41,782 nt of DNA from an uncultured Syntrophorhabdus sp. (GTDB lineage Bacteria > Desulfobacterota > BSN033 > UBA1163): contig CAZXBI010000001.1 in assembly GCA_964638215.1 (NCBI GenBank), forward strand, positions 3,709 to 45,490, in the 5' to 3' direction. Made by a program: the position numbers and the translations under genes. Positions 26,966 through 36,251 of this stretch are shown one piece after another (positions within the stretch are counted from its first letter, which is position 1; every line of letters starts with the position of its first letter). The notes below the pieces were generated by a model that was given only the letters and a program-made list of their open reading frames with translations, was not told the DNA's origin and did no database searches.

Positions 26966-28156
26966 ATGAAAACGGCAATGATGAGATACTTGGTCTTAAC
27001 TCTTTGTTTATCTTTATTGTCTGTTGGGTTAGCTGTGGCTGCCGAACCGATCAAGATCGGGATCGTCTGGCCCCTCACTGGACCCATTGCTGCCTCCGGA
27101 TCCTACCTGAAAGGAGGGGCGGAAATAGCGAGAGACAAGATTAACTCTGAGGGAGGAATCCTGGGAAGGCCTATCAGATTACTGATCGAGGACGGTGCCA
27201 ATGACCCGGCTCAATCGGTGAGCGCCGCAGAGAAGTTGGTGACAAGAGACAAAATTGATATCATTATGGCGGCTTGGGGAAGTTCGCCTTCCATTGCGGT
27301 CAGCTCAAGCGTAACAAGAAAGTATGGAATTCCTCATGTGGTCGAAACGGCGACGGCCGACAAAGTGACGAATGATGGAGGAAAGAGACCTAACCCGTGG
27401 TTGTTCCGCATCAGCCCAACGAATCGGGTCTTAGCAGAGGGTATTGAACAATATCTGGTTCCCAAAATGGGATTCTCCAGCGTTGCTTTAATGGCAGTGA
27501 ATAATGACTGGGGCAGAGGGATGGTCGATGAGTTGACGACTGTTATTAAAAGGTCGGGTGGCAAGATTACCGCAACTGAGTTCATCAACCAGGATGCCAA
27601 CGAATTCCTGACCCAGCTCGGAAAGATCAACAGTTTGGGTGCGAATTCTATCATTGTCACTACGGAGATGGTGCAGGTAGCTGAGGTCTTGAAACAGTAC
27701 AAACAGTTATCGATGAAGCAGAAGATCCTGACCACTGCTGGCGGGGTCGTCCCGGAGGGGCTGATCGACCTTGCGGGAAAAGATGCGGCGGAAGGAGTCT
27801 ACATTTTGCGGTTAAATTCACTCCCCATAGGGACCTCCGTCCCCGGGTTTCAGGCGCTGACCAAAATACCTGAGGAGGCCAAGTGGTTTGTCGACGAATA
27901 TCTGGGAAGGGGTAACTCGGTTAAAGGCCTGGACGATGGTTACCGCAGCTACGACGCCCTGAAGGCGATGAAGGCGGCTCTGGAAATTGCGAAAACAACG
28001 GATAAGGAAAAGGTCCGGGAGGCTTTTCATAAGGTGGACACATGGGGTTTGACCGGCCGGATCAAATTCGACGAATTCGGTCAGAGCCGACCCAGTACCT
28101 ACGTTATCCAGGTCAAGAGCGGCAAGGCTATCCTGCCTGAATTTCTGACCCGGTGA
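26966..28156 (+). CDS. LivK/PBP1-family periplasmic substrate-binding protein (paralog SBP4)
   Basis: The ATG at 26966 follows AAGGGAGGA. Signal peptide ...LAVA-AEP. It carries the shared paralog blocks, plus a divergent insertion at 27803-27859. Confidence 0.8.
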   Translation: MKTAMMRYLVLTLCLSLLSVGLAVAAEPIKIGIVWPLTGPIAASGSYLKGGAEIARDKINSEGGILGRPIRLLIEDGANDPAQSVSAAEKLVTRDKIDIIMAAWGSSPSIAVSSSVTRKYGIPHVVETATADKVTNDGGKRPNPWLFRISPTNRVLAEGIEQYLVPKMGFSSVALMAVNNDWGRGMVDELTTVIKRSGGKITATEFINQDANEFLTQLGKINSLGANSIIVTTEMVQVAEVLKQYKQLSMKQKILTTAGGVVPEGLIDLAGKDAAEGVYILRLNSLPIGTSVPGFQALTKIPEEAKWFVDEYLGRGNSVKGLDDGYRSYDALKAMKAALEIAKTTDKEKVREAFHKVDTWGLTGRIKFDEFGQSRPSTYVIQVKSGKAILPEFLTR

Positions 28157-28222
28157 CTTTTGGGGATCGCAACACATTAAGGAGGAAAAAAGATGGGCAA
28201 AAAAATGATGAAATGAGTCTCG

Positions 28223-29356
28223 TTGGCTGCTTTTTTAATTCTACTGTCGACTGGCTTCGCTTTTGCTGCCGAACCGATCAAGATCGGGATTATCTGGCCC
28301 TTAACCGGTGCCAATGCTGCCGCTGGCAACTACATGGTAGCAGGCGCCGAAATAGGTCGGGATAAGATCAACGCCGAAGGCAGTATCTTGGGAAGGCAGA
28401 TCAGATTGATTATTGAAGATGGCGCACAGGACCCGGCCATCTCAGTGAGTGCTGCGGAAAAAATGATCACCCGGGATAAGATTGATCTTTTCATGGGAGC
28501 CATGGGAAGTTCACCGACCATTGCCGTGAGTACGAGTGTGACGAGAAAATACGGGATCCCGCATGTCGTTGAAACAGCAGGTGCCGGAAAGGTGACAGAA
28601 GAGAATGGAAAGCGGCCCAATCCCTGGTTATTCCGGGTAAGCCCGACGAACTGGATGGAGGCGGATGGAAGCGAAAAAAATCTCCAGAAAATGGGGATCA
28701 CGAAGGCAGCCCTTCTCTTGGTCAATACGGATTGGGGAAGAGACGTGGGCAATCTATTTCCCAAGGTTCTGGAGAGGATCGGCGGCAAGGCGGTGATGAC
28801 GGACTTTTTCAATCTGGATCAGTCCGAGTTTCTGACCCAACTGACGAAGATCAAGAGTTCCGATGCCAATAGGATTATTGTTGCCGGCCACCAGGCCACC
28901 ATCTCTCTTATTATGAAGCAGTACAAACAGTTGGGCTTGACACAGAAGGTGCTGACCCTGGGAGGAGGGATTGTTCCCGAAGGACTGGTAGAGCTTGCCG
29001 GGAAAGAGGCCGCAGAGGGAGTTTACATCAATACCTTCTTCACGCTCTGGTTCCCAGAGCTGACCAAGATACCGCAGGAAGCCAAGGGGTTTGTTGACGA
29101 GTACCTGAAGCGAGGAAATCCGGTCAAAGGGTTCGGGGAGTGCTTCCGTGGCTACGACGGACTGAAGGCGATGAAGGCAGCTCTCGAGATAGCCCAGACG
29201 ACAGACAAAGAGAAAGTGAGAGATGCCTTTGCGAAGGTGGACACATGGGGATTATCAGGCCATATCAAATTTGACAGCTTTGGCCAGAGTACCCCCACTG
29301 TTTATGTGGTAATGGTGAAAGATGGCAAGCCGGCCATCCCGGAATTTATGAAATAA
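28223..29356 (+). CDS. LivK/PBP1-family periplasmic substrate-binding protein (paralog SBP5), N-terminus interrupted by an in-frame TGA
   Basis: The mature region is intact and carries all paralog blocks. The expected start is the ATG at 28193 (RBS AGGAGGA), but MGKKMMK is followed by TGA at 28214-28216 in the same frame. The only downstream restart is the TTG at 28223. Confidence 0.7.
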   Translation: MAAFLILLSTGFAFAAEPIKIGIIWPLTGANAAAGNYMVAGAEIGRDKINAEGSILGRQIRLIIEDGAQDPAISVSAAEKMITRDKIDLFMGAMGSSPTIAVSTSVTRKYGIPHVVETAGAGKVTEENGKRPNPWLFRVSPTNWMEADGSEKNLQKMGITKAALLLVNTDWGRDVGNLFPKVLERIGGKAVMTDFFNLDQSEFLTQLTKIKSSDANRIIVAGHQATISLIMKQYKQLGLTQKVLTLGGGIVPEGLVELAGKEAAEGVYINTFFTLWFPELTKIPQEAKGFVDEYLKRGNPVKGFGECFRGYDGLKAMKAALEIAQTTDKEKVRDAFAKVDTWGLSGHIKFDSFGQSTPTVYVVMVKDGKPAIPEFMK

Positions 29357-29369
29357 GATACTCAAAAAC

Positions 29370-29401
29370 CATCCCCTTCCCCAGTATTGGGGAAGGGGAT
29401 G
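29370..29401. terminator. Perfect 14-bp hairpin after SBP5
   Basis: CATCCCCTTCCCCA, loop GTAT, then TGGGGAAGGGGATG. The A-run lies on the 5' side (CAAAAACC) and there is no T-run on the 3' side in the + orientation. Confidence 0.4.
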
Positions 29402-29620
29402 AAGTGAGTCCTGAAAGTTTGCGCAGAAGGAGATCTATCAGGTTGCCGAAAAAACCTTTCTTCAGGCTGTTCAAAAATGCCCAGATGCAAGGCCTCCGAA
29501 ATCCTGAGGATGAGGCGTACTTGGATGAACGCCGCAATAAGCCTGCCCCGTGCTCGACACGGGGCAGGATGAGGGAAACGCGGCAGATGGGCGTTTTTCA
29601 GTAGCCTGCTATTGGCGATG
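29402..29620. repeat. Structured non-coding spacer (repeat-element-like) with a second perfect hairpin
   Basis: It sits in the 330-nt gap before livH2. An 11-bp perfect stem is formed by CCTGCCCCGTG (29542-29552) and CACGGGGCAGG (29558-29568). The sequence style (…TTCAAAAATGCCCAGATGCAAGG…GAGGCGTA…) resembles intergenic repeat families I have seen in anaerobe genomes. Only one copy occurs in this window. Confidence 0.3.
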
Positions 29621-29686
29621 GATCACAAAAATGAGGTCGCACATAGAGACAGGAATGGGTCATCACTGAGATAGGGGATTAGGCCT

Positions 29687-30556
29687 ATGCTTTTCATCCA
29701 ATACGTGATCAATGGGTTGATCGTTGGCGGCGCTTATGCACTTATCGGGATCGGACTGACGCTGATCCTAGGCATCATGAATGTTGTCAATTTTGCCCAT
29801 GGCGAGATGTACATGCTCGGGGCGTATTTCCTTTATACGTTTTTCTCCCTCCTGGGCATTAATTTTTACTTCAGTATCCTCTTGGCGATCGCGGCCGTCA
29901 TGGTGATTGGATTTTTCTGTGAAAAGGTCGTCCTGAAACCTCTGAGAAAGAGATCGATCGAAACTGTAATGCTGGCTATGATCGGTGTTTCTCTGTTGTT
30001 CCAGAATATTGCGATGTTATCCTGGACAGCGGTTCCTCAATCGATCAGGAGCCCCTTTCCGCCGGAAGCCATCATCATCGGGGGGCTTTATTTTATCCCT
30101 CAGAGGATCCTGGTGATCGCTATTGCTTTCCTGTTTGTGATGCTTACCCATCTTTTGTTAAAAAAGACGAAGCTCGGCAAGGCGATGCGTGCGACCTTCT
30201 TGGACAGTGAGACAGCCTCACTGATGGGAATCAATAGTGACCGAATCTACTCCTTCACCTTTGTCTTGGGAGCGGGGCTGGCGGCTGCTTCGGGTGCCCT
30301 GTTAGGTCCCATCTTCACCGTCCATCCTTACACTGGAAACCTGGCCAATCTGAAGGCCTTTACGATCGTGATCTTTGGAGGGCTCGGGAGTTTTACGGGC
30401 GCCATTACCGCTGGGCTTCTTCTCGGGATTTTCGAAAGCTTAGGGGCAGGCTATGTCTCTTCAGGATATCAAGATGCAGTGGGCTTCCTCATGCTCATTC
30501 TGATTCTGATCGTCAAACCCACCGGCCTTTTTGGAAAGATAGGAATAACGCGATGA
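29687..30556 (+). CDS. livH: ABC permease, LivH family (second transporter)
   Basis: Q.VINGL.VGG.YALIGIGLTLILG....VNFAHGE. Multi-pass hydrophobic protein of 289 aa. Confidence 0.85.
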   Translation: MLFIQYVINGLIVGGAYALIGIGLTLILGIMNVVNFAHGEMYMLGAYFLYTFFSLLGINFYFSILLAIAAVMVIGFFCEKVVLKPLRKRSIETVMLAMIGVSLLFQNIAMLSWTAVPQSIRSPFPPEAIIIGGLYFIPQRILVIAIAFLFVMLTHLLLKKTKLGKAMRATFLDSETASLMGINSDRIYSFTFVLGAGLAAASGALLGPIFTVHPYTGNLANLKAFTIVIFGGLGSFTGAITAGLLLGIFESLGAGYVSSGYQDAVGFLMLILILIVKPTGLFGKIGITR

Positions 30557-31557
30557 AAAGAAACCAGATTGCCCTACTCCTTTGTCTCCTGGTGGTCATC
30601 CTCTATCCGATCGTCGTCAAAGACCTCTACTTCATGCACATGGCCATTCTCATCGGCATCTATGCCATGTCAGCCATCAGCGTGAATCTGATCTTAGGAT
30701 ATGCAGGCCAACTTTCATTGGGCCAGACTGTTTTTTTTGGAGTAGGTTCATATCTTTCCGCTCTCGCTTATTTGGATCTGGGAATCCCCTTTTGGGGAGG
30801 GATGGTGTTTGCTTTGGTGGGTTCCGGGATCCTTGGCTATATTGTCGCTAAGCTGGCCTTAAAACTGAGGGGGGCTTATTTCGTGATCATGACCATCGGC
30901 GTGGCCGAGGTCTTGAAACTCGTTGCACTGAACTGGGTGGGGGTAACGAAGGGCCCTATGGGCCTCACCGACATCGCCGCGCCGATCCTATCCTTAGGAC
31001 AGATGGGTACCCTCAACTTCAGTGGAAAAGTACCCTATTACTATCTGGTCTTCTTTTTTTTGATCCTCTCTGCTGCCCTCCAGTATCGCCTCGTCCGCTC
31101 TCCCTTCGGAAGGGCCTTTATCTCCATCAGGGAGAATGAGGACCTGGCCCGGTCGGTCGGTATTAATAGTTACAAGTACCTGGTGATCGTCGTCGTGATC
31201 AGTGCCGCAATTGCCGGGTTTTCAGGTGCCCTGTATGCCCACTATGTCAGCTTCATCGATCCGGGGGTTTTCTCCTTTTTCTTCAGCGTCAATCTGGTGA
31301 TGATGGTCATTGGCGGCGGCCAGGGGACCTTTATCGGGCCGATCCTCGGTGCAATCCTATTTACGGCCATCCCGGAGTTACTGAGGGTTTTTGGTGATAC
31401 CCGGATGGCCATTTACGCCTTGATCGTCATCTTTTTCGTCATCTTTATGCCCAAAGGGATTATTTTCTATCTCTCAAAGCTCTTTAAAGGCGATCGGAAA
31501 GAGAACGTTGAGCCCCTTCGCGCAGAGGCCGAGAAAGGGGAAGGAAGCGTTTTATGA
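30553..31557 (+). CDS. livM: ABC permease, LivM family (second transporter)
   Basis: VNLILGYAGQLSLGQTVFFGVGSY. Hydrophobic. It overlaps the livH2 stop by 4 nt (ATGA). Confidence 0.85.
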   Translation: MKRNQIALLLCLLVVILYPIVVKDLYFMHMAILIGIYAMSAISVNLILGYAGQLSLGQTVFFGVGSYLSALAYLDLGIPFWGGMVFALVGSGILGYIVAKLALKLRGAYFVIMTIGVAEVLKLVALNWVGVTKGPMGLTDIAAPILSLGQMGTLNFSGKVPYYYLVFFFLILSAALQYRLVRSPFGRAFISIRENEDLARSVGINSYKYLVIVVVISAAIAGFSGALYAHYVSFIDPGVFSFFFSVNLVMMVIGGGQGTFIGPILGAILFTAIPELLRVFGDTRMAIYALIVIFFVIFMPKGIIFYLSKLFKGDRKENVEPLRAEAEKGEGSVL

Positions 31558-32324
31558 ATCAACCTGAAATTCTTAAGATTCAAGAATTGACCGTCAGATT
31601 TGGCGGGTTGAGGGCTGTTGATACCGTCGACTTTTCCATACTTAAGAATGAAATCGTGAGCTTGATCGGTCCTAATGGGGCAGGAAAGACGACGACGTTC
31701 AACGCCATCACCGGTTTCGTCAGAAAGGAAGCGGGAACGATCGAATTTGAGGGCAACCGGTTAGAGCGCTTACGACCCCACCAGATTGCCGAAAGGGGGG
31801 TTGTCCGGACGTTTCAGATCACCTCCCTTTTTCGAAACCTGACTGTTCTGGACAATATCCGGACCGGCCGCCATATGCAAGAGAAGGGGAACCTCTTTGA
31901 TACCCTTCTTAATACGAGACGAAAGCGGAAGGTCGAAGATGAGAACTTGGAAAAAACCATGGAGATCCTGAAATTTATCGGTCTGGAGGATGTGAAAGAC
32001 ACCATCGCATCCAATCTGCCCTTCGGAGACCAGAGAGCTCTGGAGATCGGCGTGGCCCTGGCGGCCGAACCCAAGTTGCTCTTACTGGACGAGCCTTCTG
32101 CAGGCCTGAATGATGCCGAAACACAGGTGATGATGGCTTTGATCAAAAAGATGAGAGATAACGGAATTACCATTCTTCTCGTGGAACATGATATGAAGCT
32201 TGTCATGGGGATCTCGGATCGAATCGTGGTACTCAATTTTGGTAAAAAAATTGCTGAAGGAGCCCCGGCTCAAATCAGATGTGACCCACAGGTCATCACT
32301 GCCTATTTAGGGGAGAGAAGATAA
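31554..32324 (+). CDS. livG: ABC ATP-binding protein, LivG family (second transporter)
   Basis: GPNGAGKTT, LPFGDQRALEIGVAL, LLLLDEPSAG. It has a 4-nt overlap with livM2. Confidence 0.85.
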   Translation: MNQPEILKIQELTVRFGGLRAVDTVDFSILKNEIVSLIGPNGAGKTTTFNAITGFVRKEAGTIEFEGNRLERLRPHQIAERGVVRTFQITSLFRNLTVLDNIRTGRHMQEKGNLFDTLLNTRRKRKVEDENLEKTMEILKFIGLEDVKDTIASNLPFGDQRALEIGVALAAEPKLLLLDEPSAGLNDAETQVMMALIKKMRDNGITILLVEHDMKLVMGISDRIVVLNFGKKIAEGAPAQIRCDPQVITAYLGERR

Positions 32325-32325
32325 G

Positions 32326-33048
32326 ATGTTAACCATTGAGAACGTCGCAGCCAGGTACGGGCATGTCCAGGCCCTGAAAGGTGTCTCCCTCCAGGTCGAG
32401 GAAAAGGAGGTTGTGACACTGATCGGTTCAAACGGTGCTGGGAAGTCCACACTTTTAAAAACCATCTCAGGGTTACTGAAACCCCATACGGGGAAGATCG
32501 TGTTTAATGGCGAAGAGATCGGTGGACTCTCTCCTGAAAAGATCATTGCGAAGGGGATTGCTCACTGCCCCGAAGGTCGCAAGGTCTTTTCTGAATTATC
32601 GGTTCGCGAAAATCTCGAGATGGGGGCGTACCTGGAAAAATCGAAAAGCGTGGTCAATGAAAAAATTGAAAGGATCTTCACCTCTTTCCCCATCTTGAAA
32701 GAGCGTCACAAACAGATGGCAGGGACCTTGAGCGGAGGGGAACAGCAGCAGCTCGCCATTGCGCGGGCCCTCATGTTGACCCCCAAGATGATGTTATTTG
32801 ATGAACCCTCTCTGGGATTGGCTCCGATCCTGGTCGGTCTGGTCGAAGATATCATCATGAACTTGAAAGGAGAGGGCCATACGATCCTTCTCGTTGAACA
32901 AAACGCCAACATGGCCTTGCGGGTTGCAGAGCATGCCTATGTCATCGAAACAGGCAGGATTATACTGAAGGGATCCTCTTCTGAGTTGAAGAAAGATGAA
33001 AGGGTGATGAAGGCCTACTTGGGGCAATTAGAAGAGTGCGAGTTTTAA
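32326..33048 (+). CDS. livF: ABC ATP-binding protein, LivF family (second transporter)
   Basis: GSNGAGKST, LSGGEQQQLAIARAL, MLFDEPS. Confidence 0.85.
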   Translation: MLTIENVAARYGHVQALKGVSLQVEEKEVVTLIGSNGAGKSTLLKTISGLLKPHTGKIVFNGEEIGGLSPEKIIAKGIAHCPEGRKVFSELSVRENLEMGAYLEKSKSVVNEKIERIFTSFPILKERHKQMAGTLSGGEQQQLAIARALMLTPKMMLFDEPSLGLAPILVGLVEDIIMNLKGEGHTILLVEQNANMALRVAEHAYVIETGRIILKGSSSELKKDERVMKAYLGQLEECEF

Positions 33049-33075
33049 GATGGACTCGAGAGGATAAAGTGAACC

Positions 33076-35358
33076 ATGGAGAGTCGCGTGGTCGGTGAGA
33101 ATCCATATAATGAAGAGACTCTGGACAAAGTCCTGGGAATCACAGAGTTTATCTCTGATCTAAGTTTCGAAAATGCCTTAGTCGCGAAAGCCCTCCGTTC
33201 CCCGTTTCCTCATGCCAAGATTCTGGGAATCGATACATCGGAAGCTCATAAAGTTTCAGGCGTGGTCGCTATCTTCACGGCCAAAGACGTACCCGGGACG
33301 AATCGGTTCGGTGTGGAGATGAGGGACAGGCCGGTCTTATGCGACGATGCAGCAAGATCGATTACTGATGTCGTCGCACTGGTGGTGGGAGAATCCGAAG
33401 AGGCAGTGGATGCAGCCCTTCCAAAGATCAAAGTCTCCTACCGGGAGTTGAAAGCCATATTCACCCCTCAGGATGCCCTGAAGGAAGATGCACCCAGGAT
33501 CCATGAAAAAGGAAATATTTTAAAGCATTTCCGGATCCGGAAAGGGGACATCGAAGCAGCCTTTAGGAAATGTGCCGTCATCGTTGAAGGGCAATACCAG
33601 ACCCAGAATGCAGATTCCGCACCTCTGGAGACCGAAGCGGGAGCAGCCCTGGTTGACCCGAGCGGCATCCTCAAGGTCTGGGCTGCCACCCAGATTCCCG
33701 GACGTGACGTGGACCAGATTTCAGAGGCTCTTGCTCTGCCCAAGAATAGAATCGAACTGGTGGTTCCTCCCATCGGAGGTGGCTTCGGGTGCAAGTGTGA
33801 GATCAATTGTCAGATTCTGGCGGGACTGGCTGCGCTCAAGACCGGTCGACCCGTGAGGATGCAGTGGAGCCGGGAGGAATCTTTCCGGGGGCATCAGAAG
33901 CGCCATCCTGCGTGGGTAAAAGTGAGAACAGGGGCCACTGACGATGGCAGGCTTCTCGCAATGGAAGAGGAGATCCTTCTGGACGGCGGGGCTTACTGTT
34001 CATGGTCCTTCGGTGTTGGCAGAAATGCCACGGTCTTTTCGACAGGCCCCTACAATATCCCCAACGTGAACATCGATACCTATCTCGTTTTCACCAACAA
34101 TATTCACAGCGGAGCCATGAGAGGGTTTGGGGTTCCCCAGCCGGCCTTTGCAACAGAACTTCAAATGGAAAAAATCGCAGAGCAACTGGGCATGGACCCG
34201 GCGGAAATCAGGCTCAAAAATGGCATGGAGGCCGGGGCCAGCCTAGCCAATCAGGACATTCTTAGGAGCAGCGTCGGATTCAAGGGAACCCTAACAAAGG
34301 CATTGGAACTGGCAGATTGGAAGAGAAAGCGGCAGGAAATTGACGAATTTAACAGTCGTGCCAAAGGAAATATCCGACGGGGAATCGGGATAGCCTGTGC
34401 GTTTAAGAATGCAGGGAGGCTGGGTGATCATGCGGAGGCGGACATAGAAGCCCTGCCCGAAAAAATCAAAGTCTATATAGACTCAGCCGATGTGGGACAG
34501 GGGGTCAGGATGCTGGCTGCCCAGGTTGCAGCCGAGGAATTGGGTTTACCCCTCGAAAGGATAGAGATCGAGCCCACCAATTCCCTGACCTGCCCCCGTT
34601 CAGGGGACTCTTTCAGTTCGCGCCAAACCCTCTGCTCAGGAAATGCGGTCCTCAATGCGGCCCTCAATCTCAAGGAGGAGATCTTAGCGAAAGTGGCTGA
34701 GCTTTGGGATGAGTCCCCAGATCGAATCCATCTCGTAAAAGGAAGGATTGCGTCTCCTGGAAAAGGACAGATCTCTCTCTTCGATTTTATTGCCCGGGAA
34801 AGAGAAAAAGGGGTTCGCTTCAGGGCAAGAGGAATCTACCAGGCGCCCCCTTATATCGATATGGACCCGGAGACAGGGAAAGGGGCTTGCTGGTATGCCT
34901 ATGCTTTCGGAACACAGATAGCTCTAGTCGAGGTCGACGTTGAGACAGGACAGATCTGGGTGAAAGATCTCGTCGCTGTTCACGACGTTGGCAAGGCGAT
35001 TAATCCCAAGGCGGTCGAGGGCCAGATAGAGGGCGGAGTGGCCATGGGCCTGGGATTTGCACTCATGGAGGATTTTGTCCTCGACAAGGGACAGATCGTC
35101 ACAACAGACCTGGAGAGGTACGTCGTTCCTACGTCAATGGATGTGCCCCTGATTCGCGCCAGTTATGAAGAGGAGAAGGAATGGCAGGGACCTTTCGGAG
35201 CTAAGGGGTTTGGCGAATGTCCAGTGGTGCCTACAGCTCCTGCCATCGTCAATGCGATCCATCATGCGACAGGGGCCTGGATCGAACAGTTACCTGCCAC
35301 ACCGGAGCGCGTATTCAAGGCCTTACATCAAGAGGGTGGGCATTCCTCTCGCACGTAG
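33076..35358 (+). CDS. XDH-family molybdopterin-binding large subunit, set 2
   Basis: LDKVLG...F..D......ALVAKALRSPFPHAKI, GGGFGCK, and the C-terminal PFGAKGFGECP. 760 aa. Confidence 0.85.
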   Translation: MESRVVGENPYNEETLDKVLGITEFISDLSFENALVAKALRSPFPHAKILGIDTSEAHKVSGVVAIFTAKDVPGTNRFGVEMRDRPVLCDDAARSITDVVALVVGESEEAVDAALPKIKVSYRELKAIFTPQDALKEDAPRIHEKGNILKHFRIRKGDIEAAFRKCAVIVEGQYQTQNADSAPLETEAGAALVDPSGILKVWAATQIPGRDVDQISEALALPKNRIELVVPPIGGGFGCKCEINCQILAGLAALKTGRPVRMQWSREESFRGHQKRHPAWVKVRTGATDDGRLLAMEEEILLDGGAYCSWSFGVGRNATVFSTGPYNIPNVNIDTYLVFTNNIHSGAMRGFGVPQPAFATELQMEKIAEQLGMDPAEIRLKNGMEAGASLANQDILRSSVGFKGTLTKALELADWKRKRQEIDEFNSRAKGNIRRGIGIACAFKNAGRLGDHAEADIEALPEKIKVYIDSADVGQGVRMLAAQVAAEELGLPLERIEIEPTNSLTCPRSGDSFSSRQTLCSGNAVLNAALNLKEEILAKVAELWDESPDRIHLVKGRIASPGKGQISLFDFIAREREKGVRFRARGIYQAPPYIDMDPETGKGACWYAYAFGTQIALVEVDVETGQIWVKDLVAVHDVGKAINPKAVEGQIEGGVAMGLGFALMEDFVLDKGQIVTTDLERYVVPTSMDVPLIRASYEEEKEWQGPFGAKGFGECPVVPTAPAIVNAIHHATGAWIEQLPATPERVFKALHQEGGHSSRT

Positions 35359-35363
35359 AAACC

Positions 35364-36251
35364 ATGATCAGAGATCATTTCTTTCCAAGAACAATCGATG
35401 AGGCTCTACACCTCCTAAGCGAATACACTGGAAAGGCGAGGATCATCGCCGGCGGCACTGACCTGATCGTAGAGATCCGGAGAAGAGCGTTCTATTTTGA
35501 ATTCCTTGTCGACATCGGAAAGATAGACCGCCTCAGATCGATCCAGGAAGAAGACGAAAAGATCTTTATTGGTGCGGGTGTCACCTTCACCGATCTAGAG
35601 ACCCATGAGTTGCTTAGAAAAAACTTCTCAGCCCTTTCGCAGGCAGCGAGCCTTGTGGGTGGCCCTCAGATCAGAAACAGGGGCACCCTCGGAGGGAACA
35701 TTGTTTCTGCACAGCCTGCAGCTGATGGAGCTCTTGCACTCTTTGCATTAGATGCGACCGTGGAAATCGCAAGCCCTGAAGGGGTTCGGGAAGTTCCGAT
35801 CCACAAGGCCTATATTGACATGGGCAGGTCCGAGGTCGATCCCTCAAGGGAAATTCTGGTCGGGGTCCGATTGGACAAGCGCAAAAAAAGAGAGGGAAGC
35901 AATTATCAGCGGCTGGCAGTCCGAAAGGCGATGCAGCTCCCGATCCTGGCCTGCGGAGTCTCTCTCATCGCGCAAGATCAGTCGTTAGATCTCGCGAGGA
36001 TAGCCGTCGGGCCTGTGTCCGATACTCCTTTCAGGGCAATCAGGGCAGAAGATTTCTTAAAAGGGAAGCCTTTAACCGAGGAAGTTTGGAGAGAAGCAGG
36101 AAGAATCGTTTCCGAAGAAGTGAATCCTCGCTATTCCAGGCTGAGAGGCGACTCCGGTTATAGGAAGGCCCTTGCGTCTATCCTCGTGAGACGAGCCCTC
36201 CAACAGGCCTCAATAGAAATACAGGATGAGAAGGTGAGCAGCAGAAGATGA
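35364..36251 (+). CDS. XDH-family FAD-binding medium subunit, set 2
   Basis: The ATG at 35364 lies 5 nt after the large-subunit stop. F.PRTIDEAL.LL.......IIAGGTDLIVEIR, and GTLGGNIVSAQPAAD. Confidence 0.85.
   Translation: MIRDHFFPRTIDEALHLLSEYTGKARIIAGGTDLIVEIRRRAFYFEFLVDIGKIDRLRSIQEEDEKIFIGAGVTFTDLETHELLRKNFSALSQAASLVGGPQIRNRGTLGGNIVSAQPAADGALALFALDATVEIASPEGVREVPIHKAYIDMGRSEVDPSREILVGVRLDKRKKREGSNYQRLAVRKAMQLPILACGVSLIAQDQSLDLARIAVGPVSDTPFRAIRAEDFLKGKPLTEEVWREAGRIVSEEVNPRYSRLRGDSGYRKALASILVRRALQQASIEIQDEKVSSRR

Noticed and set aside
28214-28216. TGA in SBP5 read as selenocysteine or as an alternative genetic code (TGA = Trp/Gly).
   Set aside because: The codon lies in a signal-peptide n/h-region where Sec makes no sense, and paralogs have F/Y there. 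Many genes in the window terminate at TGA at positions where their families are expected to end.
29404-29604. 66-aa ORF (MSPESLRRRRSIRLPKKPFF...) in the SBP5-livH2 spacer.
   Set aside because: It has a highly basic, low-complexity composition, no RBS, and spans the two perfect hairpins. It looks like a translated repeat or structured RNA rather than a gene.
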